64,000 nt of DNA from Cetorhinus maximus. Taxonomy: Eukaryota. The stretch lies in contig NC_135881.1 in NCBI RefSeq assembly GCF_964194155.1, forward strand, positions 160,642,001 to 160,706,000, in the 5' to 3' direction. Below, in pieces: positions 61,283 to 64,000 of the stretch. The notes under the pieces were generated by a model. It was not told the origin of the DNA. It saw nothing but the letters and a program-made list of their open reading frames with translations, and did no database searches. Both the position numbers and the translations under genes were made by a program. Each line of letters opens with the position of its first letter. The first letter of the stretch is position 1.

Positions 61283-62267
61283 TTGATGCCTTCGAGCTTT
61301 ATACCCATGTGTAATTGTTCTCATATGCCTAGTCTTAATAAATGAACCCACAACGTGTTTACCTAATCCCTTATGAGTAATTGGTGCCTTGTGTCTCGTG
61401 TTGTATAAGCCCAAGGTTACAATTCTAATTATCATTATAATTACACAACATGGTGCTCAGCGACGGTCAGATGGGTGGCAGCAAGATTAAGTGCAGACAC
61501 AACGTGGTGAACAGCCTTGGATCGTGCTACATGCAACAAAGTCGCAGCATCAGAGAGAAAACATAGCATGCTGACTGCAAACAAAAGCTATGAAGACACA
61601 GCACTGAGCTAGTGCTTAAATAAAGAGCTGGAAAGCAGATGGATCCCTTGTGGTGAGATTGCAGTGCATAGCCCGTCAGTTCTGTGATTGGGAGAATGCA
61701 TCAAGAGGACCAACATTGGGTTATCTCAGTTGAGTCAGGGGAGTGACCAGGGTGTGGGCCAGTTCAATAACAAACAAGAAAGTCAAACAAAAAAAAAAAT
61801 CATAAAAATCTGTCCAGAGAAAGCTGTGATTATTACAGGTGTCTTCAGGAGTGGCTGAGCAATAAATTGAACAAAAAGTAAAAACACTATTACACTGTGG
61901 TGCATTCCTGCCACAACTTGTCTTCATGGGTAGAGCTTCAGAAAAGTGCACAAAAGTGGCTACACTGACACTCATCCCAGGGCTATTTTCAAAAAGGTCT
62001 GCAAAATTCCCCAGTTTGAAGTTGGATGCAGCTGACCTACTATCTGAATTTAAAATGTCTAAACAGCGCAGGGAGCTATTGTTTCTTGATCCAGGTGCGT
62101 CTGAACCAGATAAGCAAGCCATAAAAATTCACCTAGCAATTGGGAATGAAGGTCTACACAGGCTGAACATCTCACGATTAATAGAAGAAGAACTAAAGGA
62201 TTTCCAAAAGGTATGGACTACATTGGAAGACTGGTTCGGAAGCACGTTAAACTTCTGTATTCATTGA
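61155..62267 (+). mobile_element. Ty3/Gypsy-type 5' relic: LTR, PBS and gag start
   Basis: LTR TGTTGT...ACAACA (61155-61450) contains AATAAA and is followed directly by TGG (PBS-like). ORF 61926-62267 is gag-like (QAIKIHLAIGNEGL...VWTTLEDWF). Confidence 0.7.
61252..61278 (+). repeat. (CA)n microsatellite inside the LTR
   Basis: Seen directly in the sequence. Confidence 0.95.
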
Positions 62268-63265
62268 ACATATGAAATAGGAGCAGAAGTAGGCCATTTG
62301 GCCCCTTGAGCCTGTTCTACCATTCAATAAGATCATGTCTGATCTGTTTGTGTGTCGAGTTCCATGTCCCCATCTATCCCCAATTCCCTTTGATCTCCTA
62401 GCCTAACAAGTAACTATTTAACTCTGCCTTAAAAATATTCAGTGACCCCGCCTCCACCACCTTCTGAGGCAGAGTTCTGAAGTTGCACAATCCTGAGAGA
62501 AAAATTCTCTCCTCATCTCTGTCCTATAAGGGTTATCCCGAATTTTAAAGCAATGGTCCCTAGTTCTGGACTCAAGAGGAAACATCCTTTTCACATCCAC
62601 CTTGTCAAGATCATTCTTATGGATCTTATATATTTCAATCAAGTCACCCCTCACTCTTCTAACCTCCAGTGGAAACAAGCCCAGTCTATCCAACCTTTCC
62701 TCATAAGACAACCCGCTCATTCCAGGTATCAATCTAGTAAACCTCCTCTGAACCACCTCTAACGCATTTACATCCTTCCTTAAATAAGGAGACAAAACTG
62801 CATACACTATTCGAGATGTGGTCCCACCAATGCCCTATATAACTGAAGCATAAAATCCTTACTTTTATGTTCAATTCCTCTCATAGTAAAGGATAGCATT
62901 CCATTAGCCTTTTTGATTACATGCTGTACCTTCATACCAACTTTTTGTTACGAGAACACCTGCACCTTGGAATTCTGCAGTCGCTCTCCTTAAGTAACAC
63001 TCTGCTTTTTTATTCTTTCTGCCAAAGTGAACAACTTCACATTTTCCCACTTTATACTCCATCTGCCAGATTTTTGTCCAATTATTCAACTTCTGTATCC
63101 ATGTGAAGACTCCTTATGTCTTCTTCACAACATACTTCCCTACCTATTTTTGTCTCATCTGCAAATTTACTTACCATGCCTTCGCCGCCCCCCCGCACCC
63201 CCGCCCCCCCCTCCCACACACCTCATTTAAATCACTGGCGCAGATTGTAAGAAGTTGAGGCCCCA
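62266..63265 (-). mobile_element. CR1 3' fragment
   Basis: ORFs 62439-62807 and 62904-63089 carry CR1 C-terminal motifs. The fragment truncates the Gypsy gag relic. Confidence 0.88.
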
Positions 63266-64000
63266 CTGACTCAGCCATCAACACCACTGCTTCACATGCC
63301 CATTAGCAGACCTTCATTGCCTCTTTAGACCTTCTGACTTCTCACAAGCCTTTATATCACTTTGATTTTGCTTCCTGCAGCTTGGAGCTTTAAGCTTGAA
63401 GCTTGGAGCCTTTCTCTGCCCATCACTCTTAACTTCACTTAACAGGACCTTTTCCAGGTTCCTGTCCTTCCTTTGACTAGAAGGTCTGCTTGGGACTTTC
63501 TCCTGTTCCACTCCCCTGGATTCTGGGACTTTTCCTTTAGCATGGGACTTGCTATCTGTCTCTTTTGCTCTAGTCTCTCCTGGCAGCTACTTTCAACCAA
63601 CTTGAGCTTGGAACTGGCTATCTGAGCCTTCTAGGCTGCTTCTGCTTGGCAGGTGTCTTCAAAACCAACCAAACCCAAACAGCTTCCAAATCAAACTGCT
63701 GTTTCTGGTTTCTTCTGTACATGTCTGTGGAAGGGGCCTCTCTCTCTGGACCCCTGTTGTGAGGCAACAGTCCAGTTTTTTCTACTGTCTGCTTAGCTTC
63801 TCCAACAGTAAGACTCATTAGAAATGCAAGTACTTTTTAAAGTGAAACCAAAACTCAACTTGACCTTTTCTTAATTCACAAATACAGAAATACAAATCAA
63901 ATATAAACTTTAAAGCTAAAACTCATTCCTAATACCCACAATTACCAATATAATTTACTTAAACTATCTCTATATCCTAACAGTTGCTTGAGTGGGCAGA

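Noticed and set aside
1-64000. CRISPR array or prokaryotic operon
   Set aside because: No regularly spaced direct repeats or dense intronless genes were seen. The sequence is spliced, CpG-depleted vertebrate DNA.

Overview
This is vertebrate genomic DNA. The SINE/LINE repertoire suggests a cartilaginous fish such as a shark, which is an inference. The one host gene is a five-exon preproendothelin on the minus strand (about 47.6-53.9 kb). It is best assigned to EDN1 from the exon phases, the exon-4 'DC...KCVYQ' segment and a proximal promoter carrying GATA, AP-1, forkhead and TATA motifs. Its mature peptide reads [21 protein letters not shown]. The gene lies in a roughly 10 kb repeat-poor island. 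The flanks are dense with decayed mobile DNA: PIF/Harbinger transposons (a 4.1 kb two-gene copy, an internally deleted sister copy, MITEs and Myb/SANT relics), CR1, L2 and RTE LINEs, tRNA-derived SINEs, Gypsy-type LTR relics, and a short Penelope-type repeat carrying a minimal hammerhead-ribozyme motif. The main leads are the hammerhead retro-repeat, a one-base phase conflict at the EDN1 exon 4/5 junction, an apparently relocated hypoxia element in the promoter, ATG/ATA Harbinger target duplications and an anomalous CpG-rich segment at about 44.9-45.15 kb. Everything was read by eye, and comparisons to human EDN1 are recalled rather than aligned.
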